From Candidatus Tayloriibacteriota bacterium (GTDB lineage: Bacteria; Patescibacteriota; Minisyncoccia; Phycocordibacterales; PALSA-1337): a stretch of 64,000 bases of DNA. The stretch covers positions 3,795 to 67,794 of the forward strand of contig PLXZ01000001.1 in the NCBI GenBank assembly GCA_003151615.1. The letters run 5' to 3'. The notes under the pieces were generated by a model. The model ran no database searches. It was not told where the DNA came from and saw nothing but the letters and a program-made list of their open reading frames with translations. Below are positions 28,774 through 38,669 of the stretch, one piece after another; position 1 is the first letter of the stretch, and each line of letters opens with the position of its first letter. Both the position numbers and the translations under genes were made by a program.

Positions 28774-29397
28774 TCACAAATGGCTCTCCTGCAAAGCGGT
28801 ATTGATTTCCTTGATTGCTTTTGTTTTCATGCCGGGCATCGCCATAGTTTTAAAAAGTTCCGGAGTAAACGAATTGTTAGTTAAAAACGGAGCAAGGTCG
28901 GGTATGAGTCGAACATATCCCAGATGATGGAGGATGCGCAGCATAATAATCGGTTCGGCGACGTCAACGGAATCTTTTGCTTCGGGCGTGTCCAAAAATT
29001 GACATGCTGCATCGACGGCTTCGAACAACGTGGCGTTTTTTTCTTCGCCCTGCAACAGACGCGACAAGACTGAAAACATTCGGACGCGCAACGCATATGC
29101 GGGAGTGGACGTTGGAACCGATGTTGAAACAGTTTGCGACTGCCGGTCTTTCATCGGCTCTTTCATCGGCTCCGCGCCGACGACACGCCAGAAATCTTTG
29201 CCGCGAACGAGGGAAAAATTTGCCATGGAATAATCCTGGGCGTGATAGCGCAATTTCGACTTCGAAAGGCGTATTCCTTGCGCGATTGAAGATACCTGAC
29301 CAAGCTCCTGCGTGAAAATAAAGAGAATTTTTCCGCCCTCGCCGTGAGGCCGGCTCCCGACGACAAATCCGGGTGTTGTGTAAATGCGGTGCGACAT
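28774..29397 (-). CDS. recO: DNA repair protein RecO
   Basis: N-terminal OB fold: GE....IFT.ELG.V...AQGIR..KSKL; IL..LGY. Confidence 0.8.
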   Translation of the reverse strand: MSHRIYTTPGFVVGSRPHGEGGKILFIFTQELGQVSSIAQGIRLSKSKLRYHAQDYSMANFSLVRGKDFWRVVGAEPMKEPMKDRQSQTVSTSVPTSTPAYALRVRMFSVLSRLLQGEEKNATLFEAVDAACQFLDTPEAKDSVDVAEPIIMLRILHHLGYVRLIPDLAPFLTNNSFTPELFKTMAMPGMKTKAIKEINTALQESHL

Positions 29398-29420
29398 AAT
29401 GGAAATGTTTAAGAAACTAC

Positions 29421-32400
29421 CTACGAAATCGACAGCCCAAAACGATACGAGTCGACGGCAATTTCCTCTCCGCCGAAAAATTCAACGGAACACGTGATGC
29501 CGGAAAGTCCCGTCGTTTTCATCAGTTCGGTTTTGTTGCGCTCGATGAAGGCTTTGCCCGTTTCGTCGGTCATGACCTTGAGTTCGGCCATATCGGATAT
29601 CGTCAAATTTTCCTTTTTGCGGAGATCCTGAATCGCGCGGATGAGTTCGCGGACATTTCCCTCTTCCTTCAATTCCTGCGTCATCGTCGTGTCGAGTTCG
29701 ATTTCATTTTCCGATGCCGCAACCGCCGACAATGAATCGACCACGCCGACCGCTTTCACGTTTATTTCATCGAGAATAAGATTCAAAAATTCCTGAGTAA
29801 GTGCGGAAGACGCCGGCGTTTTTTTGATTGAAAGTTTTGCGAGCGGCTGGCGAACATTTATTTTCGCCTTCATGCGCGCTTCAAGCGCGACAGACGCCAA
29901 GCGCCGCGTCTCGGCCATATTTTTCAGCACATTTGCGTCGATTTTTCCGGCAGAAGGCCATTGCTCGAGATGCACACTTTCTTTGATTGAATTGTGTCCG
30001 TCATTTTGCGACACATTACCCTTCACGCGCTGATATATGTCTTCGGCAAGAAACGGCATGAATGGGGCAAGCAGCTTCGCGGTCTGGAGAAGAATGTGCC
30101 GGGTCGTCGCGAGAGCCGCTTCTTTTTCCGGACCATCTTCCTTGAACCTGTCGCGCGAACGGCGAAGATACCAGGTCGAAAGGTCATCGATGAAATCGGC
30201 AAACGGACGGGCTGCGCGATCCAATTCATACGCTTCCAACCCGCGCGTAACTTCGTCGGTCAATTGCGCAAGGCGCGCCATGATCCAGCGGTCGAGAACA
30301 TGCGGCGAATCGGCAGTCGACTTGTTGTTCGCTGCAGATTCACCGGACGCCGCGGAAACATACATTTCATAAAAAGTGACAACATTTGCCAGACGGCCAA
30401 TGTGTTTTTTCGCCACTTCGTCCACGCCGCGCTCCGCAAAGGCAAATTCTTGTGCGCGGACGAGCGGTGATGCGAGCAAATAGAAACGCAATGCATCCGC
30501 GCTGTATTTTTCAACGACTGGCATCAAATCCGGATAATTCTTCTTCGACTTTGAAAGTTTTTGGCCGTCTTCGGCAAGAACGATTCCGTTGACGATGACA
30601 TTTTTGTACGGCGACTTGCCAAACAGCGCGACGCCCAAAACAAGCATCGAATAAAACCAGCCGCGCGTCTGGTCCTGGCCTTCGGCGATAAAATCGGCCG
30701 GAAAGCCTTTTGATTTTTTGAAGAGGCCGGATTTCGGTTGGAACATTCCACGCTCAGCCGGGGCCGCAGTCGCATCATTGCAAAACGGGTAATGTGCCTC
30801 GCCAAACGGCATCGAACCGGATTCGAACCAGCAATCAAAAACTTCTTCGATGCGGAGCAGGTCCCGGCCATCGGCTGTTTTCATTTTGAAATCGTCGATG
30901 TACGGTCGATGCAGATCGAGCTCGTATTCTTCATTGTGCGGAAGCGGAGTGAAATCGATACGGAACGGCTTTGCATTGAAAATAAAATGATCGGTATGTC
31001 CGCGCACATCAATAGTCTGGGCACGATTGAGACCTTGCGATGCCGCAACCAAAAGAGCAAGCGGCGAATCGTGCGAGACGATCAAAATGCGCTTGCCGAA
31101 ATATTTTTTTTCCAAATCATAAATGAAGTCGCCCATGCGCTTCTTCAAACCGACATAGTTTTCGCCATGCGGCAGCTGCGTGTCAAAGCGTTCCCCAAAT
31201 TTAAATTTTTTGAGAAATTCCTGAAATTCCATTCCGTTATAATCCCCCGCATTAAGTTCGCCAATGCGCGGGTCGACAATGATGCGGTCGGCCGGGATGC
31301 CGATTTTTTTGGCTATGATTTCAGCGGTCTCGCGCGTGCGAAGAAACGGCGATACATATATATAGTCAAATGCCTTTTTGACATTTTGCGCGGCGAGCCA
31401 TTCAGCGGCTTCAGCCACTTGTTTGCGACCGGTTTCGGTGAGATGATGCGGATTTTCGGCTTTCGAACTGATGATTCCTTTCGTATTATTTTCTGCCTCG
31501 CCGTGGCGGACCGCAAAATATTCGTTGACCGGTTTGCTGTATTTTTTGAGGTCGGCAAGAGAACCAATGACCACCGTTTCGGGCTTTTCTCCGGCCGGTA
31601 AATCACTTTCCTTCGTTCTCCACACCGGCAGAGGCGCACCCCAAAATCGCGACCGTGAAATCGCCCAATCACGCGAACCCAGAAGCCAGTTGCCGAAACG
31701 GCCCTCCCCCACTTCCTGCGGAACCCAATTCACTTTTTTATTTTCCGAAACCAATTTGTCGGTCAATTTCGAAACGGTAACAAACCACGACGAGGTGGCG
31801 TAATTCAGAAGCGGAGTTTCGCAACGCCAGCAATGCGGATACGAGTGCACGATTTTTTCCTTCGCAAACAGCGCCGGACCGAGCTTTTTGATTATCTCGA
31901 CATCGCCTTTCTGATGAGCGTCTTTTTCTTCAGGAGACGATTTTGGCTTCACCATGATGCCCGCGAAATCTGTGACTTCCTTTTTGAAGCGGCCGTCCAT
32001 GCCGACATGCTGAACGAATGGCAAATTATATTTTTTACCAAGCTCCATATCGTCTGCGCCAAATGCCGGAGCAATGTGCACGATACCACTGCCGTCAGTC
32101 GTCGTAACGAAATCAGCCGCATATATTTTCCATCCATTTTCGCGATTTTTGAGAGTTGCGTCTTTTGAATAATAACTGAAAACAGGTTTGTATGATTTCC
32201 CGGCGAGTTCGGAACCTTTCATTGTTGTGATAATTTCATGGGGCATATCCTTCAACACATGCGCCATCCGATCCTTTGCCAAAATGAATATGCCTTTTTC
32301 GGTTTTCACTTTTACATATTCAACGTCGGCGCCGACTGCCAATGCGACATTCCCCGGCAGTGTCCACGGCGTCGTCGTCCATGCAATCAGATAAACAGGC

Positions 32401-33086
32401 TGCTCCCCTAGCGTGCCTTTTTCCGCAAATTCGAATTTCGCATACACAGAAATGTCAGTGATGTCCTTGAAACCTTGATTCACTTCAAAATTGGCGAGTG
32501 TCGTTTCGCAATGCGGACAGATTTGCATAGCCTTGAAGCTTTCCGAAATCAGATTTTTGTCGTAAAGATTTTTAAAAGCCCACCAGACCGATTCGGTGTA
32601 GGTCGCGTCCATCGTGCGGTAGTCGTCCTCCATATCAACCCAGCGTCCGAGGCGTGGAATAATGGTCTTCCAATCCTGCGCATACCGCAAAACACTGTCG
32701 CGGGCGGCGGAATTGAAACGTCCGATGCCGTAATCAATGATGTCTTTTTTTGTCTTGAGACCGAGCTCTTTTTCAATCAGATTTTCTACCGGCAAGCCGT
32801 GGCAATCCCAGCCCCAGCGGCGGCGCACCCGAAAGCCCTGCATTGTCTTGTAACGCGGAATCGCATCCTTTATCGAAGTCGGCAGGACGTGGCCGAAGTG
32901 CGGCAAACCGGTCGCAAACGGCGGCCCGTCATAAAAGACAAAATCGCCCCGCGGTTTTTGAAGCGAAGCCGGCGTCTCCACCGATTTCCGGAAAATATCC
33001 TTTTCGTTCCAGAATTTCAGGATTTTTTCTTCGCGTTCGGCGTGGGCGGATTTTGGAACGGCTTGTTTTTTGTTCTCTTCGGCCAT
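29421..33086 (-). CDS. ileS: Isoleucine--tRNA ligase (type 2) with an inserted histidine-phosphatase domain
   Basis: DGPPFATGLPHFGH, GWDCHGLP, WTTTPWTLP, DWAISRSRFWG, EGQDQTRGWF, KLSKS; insert with RHGE, SP..RT.ET and VSH at about 30960-31530. Confidence 0.96.
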   Translation of the reverse strand: MAEENKKQAVPKSAHAEREEKILKFWNEKDIFRKSVETPASLQKPRGDFVFYDGPPFATGLPHFGHVLPTSIKDAIPRYKTMQGFRVRRRWGWDCHGLPVENLIEKELGLKTKKDIIDYGIGRFNSAARDSVLRYAQDWKTIIPRLGRWVDMEDDYRTMDATYTESVWWAFKNLYDKNLISESFKAMQICPHCETTLANFEVNQGFKDITDISVYAKFEFAEKGTLGEQPVYLIAWTTTPWTLPGNVALAVGADVEYVKVKTEKGIFILAKDRMAHVLKDMPHEIITTMKGSELAGKSYKPVFSYYSKDATLKNRENGWKIYAADFVTTTDGSGIVHIAPAFGADDMELGKKYNLPFVQHVGMDGRFKKEVTDFAGIMVKPKSSPEEKDAHQKGDVEIIKKLGPALFAKEKIVHSYPHCWRCETPLLNYATSSWFVTVSKLTDKLVSENKKVNWVPQEVGEGRFGNWLLGSRDWAISRSRFWGAPLPVWRTKESDLPAGEKPETVVIGSLADLKKYSKPVNEYFAVRHGEAENNTKGIISSKAENPHHLTETGRKQVAEAAEWLAAQNVKKAFDYIYVSPFLRTRETAEIIAKKIGIPADRIIVDPRIGELNAGDYNGMEFQEFLKKFKFGERFDTQLPHGENYVGLKKRMGDFIYDLEKKYFGKRILIVSHDSPLALLVAASQGLNRAQTIDVRGHTDHFIFNAKPFRIDFTPLPHNEEYELDLHRPYIDDFKMKTADGRDLLRIEEVFDCWFESGSMPFGEAHYPFCNDATAAPAERGMFQPKSGLFKKSKGFPADFIAEGQDQTRGWFYSMLVLGVALFGKSPYKNVIVNGIVLAEDGQKLSKSKKNYPDLMPVVEKYSADALRFYLLASPLVRAQEFAFAERGVDEVAKKHIGRLANVVTFYEMYVSAASGESAANNKSTADSPHVLDRWIMARLAQLTDEVTRGLEAYELDRAARPFADFIDDLSTWYLRRSRDRFKEDGPEKEAALATTRHILLQTAKLLAPFMPFLAEDIYQRVKGNVSQNDGHNSIKESVHLEQWPSAGKIDANVLKNMAETRRLASVALEARMKAKINVRQPLAKLSIKKTPASSALTQEFLNLILDEINVKAVGVVDSLSAVAASENEIELDTTMTQELKEEGNVRELIRAIQDLRKKENLTISDMAELKVMTDETGKAFIERNKTELMKTTGLSGITCSVEFFGGEEIAVDSYRFGLSIS

Positions 33087-33123
33087 AAGAATATGGCTAT
33101 TCTAGCATATTATCGGGAATAAT

Positions 33124-33151
33124 TTGACGGGAAAATCGGATGTGCTAGAAT
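33124..33151 (+). promoter_or_regulatory. Sigma70-type promoter for the riboswitch-sat-cysH unit
   Basis: TTGACG, 16-bp spacer, TG-extended TAGAAT. Confidence 0.6.
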
Positions 33152-33168
33152 TGAAACACAACAGAATA

Positions 33169-33268
33169 CATATCAAGAGTACAGGGAGGGACCTAGCCCG
33201 ATGAACTGTCAGCAACCCTTGCGAAAGCGAGAAGGTGCTACCACTAGCCCGGCAACGGGAATGATAGT
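33169..33268 (+). ncRNA. SAM-I (S-box) riboswitch
   Basis: TATCAAGAG...GAGGGAC..GCCCGATGAA...GCAACC...AAGGTGCTA...TGATA matches the S-box consensus; upstream of sulfur genes. Confidence 0.9.
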
Positions 33269-33279
33269 TTCATCTCCAC

Positions 33280-33312
33280 AAACTCGCATTCCCGCCGGAA
33301 GCGGGTTTTGTT
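33280..33312 (+). terminator. Riboswitch expression-platform terminator
   Basis: AACTCGC ATTCC CGCC GGAA GCGGGTT followed by TTGTTGTT. Confidence 0.65.
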
Positions 33313-33340
33313 GTTATTAGCAGAGTTAACAAAAAATGAT

Positions 33341-34426
33341 ATGTCAAAAGTAAAAAACAGCATTACGCTCACCGAGCGGCAGCTCTACGATCTGGAGCTC
33401 ATAGCAAACGGAGGATTCGCTCCCCTCTCCGGTTTTCTCAACAAGGACGATTACGAAAATGTGGTCAGCGACAGCCGATTGAAAAACGGCGAACTGTGGC
33501 CAATTCCGGTTGTTCTCGATGTCGATAGCGAAATATTTGCTTCAAAAGTCGGCGATATAATCGATCTTAAAAATAGCCGGGGCAAAAAACTGGCGACACT
33601 TACGATCGAATCAATATTCGTGCCGGATAAAAAAGTCGAAGCGAAAAATGTATACGGCACGACGGATATTTCGCATTTCGGCGTAGATTATCTCTTCAAC
33701 AGGACAAAAGACACTTACGTCGGCGGAAAAATTACGGTCACCGAAAAACCGGAGCATGCGGACTTCGCGCACATAAGAAAAAGTCCGGCCGAATTAAAGA
33801 AAATTTTCGTGGAGAAAGGTCTGAAATCGGTCATCGCCTTCCAAACGAGAAATCCGATTCATCGAGCGCATTTTGAAGTAATTACGCGCTCTGCAAAAAA
33901 GCATAATGCGCATATTCTGATTCACCCCGCCGTCGGACCGACAAAGGACGGCGACATTGATTATCCGACTCGCGTGCGGAGCTATGAAAAATTGGTCGCG
34001 CAACGCCTTCCCGATGCGACACTCTCGCTTCTGCCGATAGCAATGAGAATGGCTGGCCCGCGCGAAGCCCTCTGGCATGCAATCATCAGAAAAAATTACG
34101 GTGCGACGCATTTCATCATAGGACGCGACCATGCCAGTCCGGGAAAAGACCTCGCGGGCAAGGCTTTTTATGGCCTGACCGAAGCCCAGGAATTCGCGAT
34201 ACAATACGCCCGGGAAATTGGCATTGAAATCGTCACTTCGCCTGAACTTGTGTATGACGAAAGCCAGAACGAGTACATATCGCCGGAAGACGCGAAAGCC
34301 GTTTCAAAAATCGTCTCGATTTCCGGAACGGAATTCCGGCGGCGCCTGCGCGAAGGAGAAGAAATACCCGGCTGGTTTTCTTTTCCCGAAGTGATTGAAG
34401 AATTAAGCAAAAATAAAATAAATTAA
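33341..34426 (+). CDS. sat: Sulfate adenylyltransferase (ATP sulfurylase)
   Basis: GGFAPL.GF, AFQTRNPIHRAH, MRMAGPREALWHAIIRKNYG.THFIIGRDHA; start MSKV at 33341; no C-terminal APS kinase domain. Confidence 0.95.
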   Translation: MSKVKNSITLTERQLYDLELIANGGFAPLSGFLNKDDYENVVSDSRLKNGELWPIPVVLDVDSEIFASKVGDIIDLKNSRGKKLATLTIESIFVPDKKVEAKNVYGTTDISHFGVDYLFNRTKDTYVGGKITVTEKPEHADFAHIRKSPAELKKIFVEKGLKSVIAFQTRNPIHRAHFEVITRSAKKHNAHILIHPAVGPTKDGDIDYPTRVRSYEKLVAQRLPDATLSLLPIAMRMAGPREALWHAIIRKNYGATHFIIGRDHASPGKDLAGKAFYGLTEAQEFAIQYAREIGIEIVTSPELVYDESQNEYISPEDAKAVSKIVSISGTEFRRRLREGEEIPGWFSFPEVIEELSKNKIN

Positions 34427-34432
34427 AAAAAT

Positions 34433-35098
34433 ATGATACAAAAAGAAATAGAAAAAATCAATGCGGAACTGAAAGATAAATCCCCTCTTGAAATAATTGA
34501 ATGGGCGGTCGCGCATGCGGACGGCAATGCCATTGTTTCCACAAATTTCCGGCCTTTTGAAGCGGTAATCCTGCATCTCGTCACAAAAATAAAGCCTGAC
34601 ATTCCGGTTTTATGGGCTGACCATGGATATAACCGACCCGCGACATACAGACACGCGGAGGCTCTGAAAAAATTGTTAGGGCTCAATATAAAAGCCTATG
34701 TTCCACGCATAACCGCGGCCCACCGCGACGCAATCGACGGGCCGATTCCTACTCCGGAAAATGAAGCGGAATTGAAAAAATTCAGCACCATATTCAAGTT
34801 GGAACCTTTTCAGCGCGGCATGAAGGAACTGGCACCCAAAGTTTGGATCACCGCCCTTCGCAAAGATCAAAACCCAAACCGCGCCGAAATGGATATCGTC
34901 AGCGACGACAAAAATTTCGGAGTTTTGAAGGTGAATCCCCTTTTTTACTGGAACAATCAGGATCTAGAAAAATATTTGAAGGAAAATAACCTCCCGAACG
35001 AATGGAGTTATTTCGATCCGGCCAAAGCCGACGAAAAACGCGAGTGCGGACTTCACGCCGCATGGGGCGGTGATGCAATTGCGAAAACGGAAAAATAA
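34433..35098 (+). CDS. cysH: PAPS/APS reductase family protein
   Basis: DHGY, KLEP, WITALR.DQ..R, KVNPL..W, C-terminal ECGLH; no CC/CxxC cluster ligands. Confidence 0.9.
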   Translation: MIQKEIEKINAELKDKSPLEIIEWAVAHADGNAIVSTNFRPFEAVILHLVTKIKPDIPVLWADHGYNRPATYRHAEALKKLLGLNIKAYVPRITAAHRDAIDGPIPTPENEAELKKFSTIFKLEPFQRGMKELAPKVWITALRKDQNPNRAEMDIVSDDKNFGVLKVNPLFYWNNQDLEKYLKENNLPNEWSYFDPAKADEKRECGLHAAWGGDAIAKTEK

Positions 35099-35111
35099 TC
35101 GGCGGAAAAAA

Positions 35112-36809
35112 TCACATCCTCTCCGGCACGGGAATACCGAGCAATGTCAGGCCGTTGCGCATGACGATTTCGAAGGCATGCGTCAAAGCCACGCGATATG
35201 GCGAGAACTCATCATCGGCGGCCACGATTTTATTATTCGCATAATAATTGTTGAAGAGAGCCGAAACAACGATAAGATACGTCGCGATATAGTGCGGCTC
35301 GCATTTTCGCGCGGAATATTCGACGATTTCGGGGAATCGATACAGAACGCGCTCAATGTCGGAGGCTTCGTCCGGATATGAATTGAATTTTTTGACGATT
35401 CCGGCAGCTGCGGCTTTTTCGCGGATCGATTTGGCCCGGACGGTTGCGTATTGCAAATAGGGGCCAGAATCACCTTCGAGAGAAACTGATTTCGTGACGT
35501 CATAAATAATGTCCTCGTCGCTTCCCTGACGGAGAATTGAATATTTAATGGCGCCGATGGCGACTTCTTCGGCAATTGTGTCGGACATTTTTTTGGCGGA
35601 ATCGCCCGTGCCCACTTTTTCCATGATTGCTTTCTTCGTATCCTCAATCAGCGACTCACCGGAAATGATGCCGCCCTTTCGCGAGGACATTTTTCCCGTC
35701 GACAGACGCAGCATGCCGTGCGGAATGTGCTGAATTTTTTTGATGTGCGAATCGGTAAATATTTTGTCGACGGCATCCATCAATACGCGGAAATAATCCC
35801 TGATTTCATTGCCGGTGATGACCACCGACAAATCATAATGGTATGTTTCAAATTTTTTCTTGACCAGGCCGAGTTCCTTCGCCTCATATGTCGGCAAACC
35901 TTCGGAATTAATGAAAACACGCGTATGGAGACCGCGATCTTCGTCGCCTTTGAAAACAATCGCACCTTCGCTTTTTTCAAAAATACCCTTATTCAAGCCT
36001 TCCTCGACAAGTTTCGCCCCGATCGGCGCAGTCTCGCTTTCGAAAAAATAATAGTCGAATTTCGTGCCGAGTCTTTTATACATTGATTCAAAACCGTTGA
36101 GCGAATCCTCCCTTCCCTTCGCGTAAATCTCATTTATTTTCGGATCTTCCTTGGAATATATTTTTTTGTTTATCGCAATTATTTCCTTTTTCGCCTCTTC
36201 ACTTTCGTCATATGCCGCGGCGCCGGCGACATAATATTCGCCGAAATGCGCGCCGGGAGTTCCTTGCAAATATCCCCAAATCGCCTTCGCAACATGCAGA
36301 CCAACATCACCTTGATAACAGGCGCGCTTGACTTCGGCTCCGGAAACATGAATGATACGCGCAATCGATTCGCCAATCGTGTTGCTCATCAAGTGGCCGA
36401 TGTGGAATTCCTTGAACGGATTAGGGTCGGTGTATTCTACGATGACTTTTTTTACGCCTGATTTTGAATATAATTCGTTGTGCCCGAATTTTTTGTCGGC
36501 GGAAATAATGTCGGAGACGCTTTGCGAGAAAAACTCGCGGGAAATGAAAAAGTTGATGAAACCGGGACCGGCGATTTCGACTTTTTTTACGTGATTGATT
36601 TGTGCCAATTGTCCGGCGATTTTTTCAGCCAACGCGCGCGGAGACATTCCGGCCTTCCGGGCGTACACAAGGGCCACATTGGTCATATAATCTCCATGTG
36701 ACAATTCTTCCGGATGTTCAACGGTAAAGGTCGCCGCATCGCCGATCGTTTCGATGCCGAGATTGCCCAATGCCTGGATGATATTTCTCTCGAGAAGCTG
36801 GCGTATCAT
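35112..36809 (-). CDS. argS: Arginine--tRNA ligase
   Basis: HGDY.TN.A, AGPGFINF, EYTDPNPFKEFHIGH, KMSSRKG, GDSGPYLQYA, LGI.VPERM; start MIRQ at 36809. Confidence 0.97.
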   Translation of the reverse strand: MIRQLLERNIIQALGNLGIETIGDAATFTVEHPEELSHGDYMTNVALVYARKAGMSPRALAEKIAGQLAQINHVKKVEIAGPGFINFFISREFFSQSVSDIISADKKFGHNELYSKSGVKKVIVEYTDPNPFKEFHIGHLMSNTIGESIARIIHVSGAEVKRACYQGDVGLHVAKAIWGYLQGTPGAHFGEYYVAGAAAYDESEEAKKEIIAINKKIYSKEDPKINEIYAKGREDSLNGFESMYKRLGTKFDYYFFESETAPIGAKLVEEGLNKGIFEKSEGAIVFKGDEDRGLHTRVFINSEGLPTYEAKELGLVKKKFETYHYDLSVVITGNEIRDYFRVLMDAVDKIFTDSHIKKIQHIPHGMLRLSTGKMSSRKGGIISGESLIEDTKKAIMEKVGTGDSAKKMSDTIAEEVAIGAIKYSILRQGSDEDIIYDVTKSVSLEGDSGPYLQYATVRAKSIREKAAAAGIVKKFNSYPDEASDIERVLYRFPEIVEYSARKCEPHYIATYLIVVSALFNNYYANNKIVAADDEFSPYRVALTHAFEIVMRNGLTLLGIPVPERM

Positions 36810-36923
36810 AGGAAAACTATAGCATTTTTTGGTGAGTTGGCCAAAAGAAGTCCGCGCTGTCCAAGAAAAAGCGCATCGGTTATTGAAACCGACGCGCTCA
36901 TGAAAAACCACAGGGCGAAAAAA

Positions 36924-37322
36924 TCAAACGAGAAGAAACTGTTCGGGCAGAATCGCCTGGCCGTTAACCAGAACGCTCGTCAGACCGAAATTGTTTCCTG
37001 CGGCAAAGTCCGCCTGACTGCCGGCGAAAAAGAACTTCCGATGAACGTCATGCTCCATGCAAATCAGACGGATCAAATTGGCCAAGAGACGGAAACAATC
37101 ATCCCGCGATTGGGTGGTCGAAATGCAATGGCCTAAAAATAAGGTGCGCGAGCCGAGCATGAAAACTTTGGGCCATTCAAAACACGGTTCGCTGTCCGAA
37201 GCTATGAACACTTTCAAGACTTTCTCGGAATCGAGAATCGGATCGGCCCATGAAGCGATAGCTGAACTGTCGGGCGTGAACAGCGTGTCAAATCCGAAAA
37301 CGACAAGATTCTTTTTTGCCAT
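36924..37322 (-). CDS. Hypothetical protein (weakly HAD-like)
   Basis: 132-aa ORF co-oriented with its neighbours; N-terminal VVFGFDTL loosely resembles a degenerate HAD motif. Confidence 0.45.
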   Translation of the reverse strand: MAKKNLVVFGFDTLFTPDSSAIASWADPILDSEKVLKVFIASDSEPCFEWPKVFMLGSRTLFLGHCISTTQSRDDCFRLLANLIRLICMEHDVHRKFFFAGSQADFAAGNNFGLTSVLVNGQAILPEQFLLV

Positions 37323-37433
37323 GTGAAAATCCTCCCGGTTGGTTGAATTGTTGACTGTTGAGTTTCGAAAACTGCGACAAACTACCCTGCACTACTGCGC
37401 TCATTGTACCACGTCCGTAAGCTACGTAAAATA

Positions 37434-38669
37434 TTAGCCCCGCAAAATCGAATCTATTTTTTTGGCCAGTTTGACGAAGTCTTTTTCAAGTTTCCCGCGC
37501 GTCGTTTCTGCGGCGGAACCGAGGCGAATACCGGATGGGTCGGTCGGAGGGCGCTTGTCAAAAGGAATTGCATTTTTATTGACGATGATGCCGGCTTTTT
37601 CCAATTTATCACTCGCCTCCTTGCCTGAAACCGCGCCGGCTCCCTTCGCATTTTTCTGACCGTTCATCCATGTGTCAACGAGAACCAAATGCGAATCCGT
37701 TCCGCCGGAAATGATTTTCCACCCGCGTTTCGTCAATTCGCCGGCAAGAGCCGTAGCATTTTTCTTGACCTGTTTCGCATATTTTTTGAAAGCCGGAGCG
37801 GCTGCTTCTTTCAAAGCCACCGCGACAGCGGCAATTTGATTGATGTGAGGACCGCCCTGGAGACCAGGAAAAACAGCCTTGTCGATTTTTGATGAAATCG
37901 AAACCGGACCATTGGTGCCATCGACATGCCGGTCGAGCCGGCTGAAAATCATAGCCGCGCGCGGACCGCGCAGTGTTTTGTGGACCGTTGTCGTGACGAT
38001 ATCAGCATATTCAAAAGGCGACGGATATTCCTTCCCCGCAACGAGTCCGGCAAAGTGCGACATATCCACCATCAAAAGCGCGGACTGACCCGTTTCATTT
38101 TTCGCCGCGTCGGCAATGTCGCGGAATTTTTTGAAATCAATGGCGCGCGGATATGCCGTAAATCCGGCGACAATGATGACCGGTTTCTCCCGCATCGCAA
38201 TTTCGCGCAATTCCCCGTAATTGAGCTGCTCCAATTTCGCATCAACACCATATGGAACCTGAACCCAGAATTTTCCGGTAGCGGAAACTTTGTGACCGTG
38301 GGTCAAATGACCTCCATGGTCGAGCGACATGCCCATGATTTTTCCTCCGGGCGGAACGAGTGCTGTGTAAACGGCCAAGTTGGCCGGCGAACCCGACAAA
38401 GGCTGCACATTCACATGCCATTTATCAGCCGACAAACCGAAAGCTTTCAATGCACGCTCAATCGCCAACATCTCGATTTTATCCACCACTTCATTGCCGC
38501 CATAGTAGCGCTTGCCCGCATACCCTTCCGCATATTTATTCGTCAGTTCCGAGCCGAGCGCATCCAAAACATCCTGCGACACATAGTTTTCCGACGCAAT
38601 CAGATTCACGACTTTTTTCTGCCGCTTTTTCTCCGCATCAATCAGTTTTTTAATGGCGGCGTCTTTCAT
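37434..38669 (-). CDS. glyA: Serine hydroxymethyltransferase
   Basis: LIASEN, NKYAEGY..KRYYGG, GGHLTHG, TTTVHKTLRGPR, VFPGLQGGP. Confidence 0.98.
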   Translation of the reverse strand: MKDAAIKKLIDAEKKRQKKVVNLIASENYVSQDVLDALGSELTNKYAEGYAGKRYYGGNEVVDKIEMLAIERALKAFGLSADKWHVNVQPLSGSPANLAVYTALVPPGGKIMGMSLDHGGHLTHGHKVSATGKFWVQVPYGVDAKLEQLNYGELREIAMREKPVIIVAGFTAYPRAIDFKKFRDIADAAKNETGQSALLMVDMSHFAGLVAGKEYPSPFEYADIVTTTVHKTLRGPRAAMIFSRLDRHVDGTNGPVSISSKIDKAVFPGLQGGPHINQIAAVAVALKEAAAPAFKKYAKQVKKNATALAGELTKRGWKIISGGTDSHLVLVDTWMNGQKNAKGAGAVSGKEASDKLEKAGIIVNKNAIPFDKRPPTDPSGIRLGSAAETTRGKLEKDFVKLAKKIDSILRG

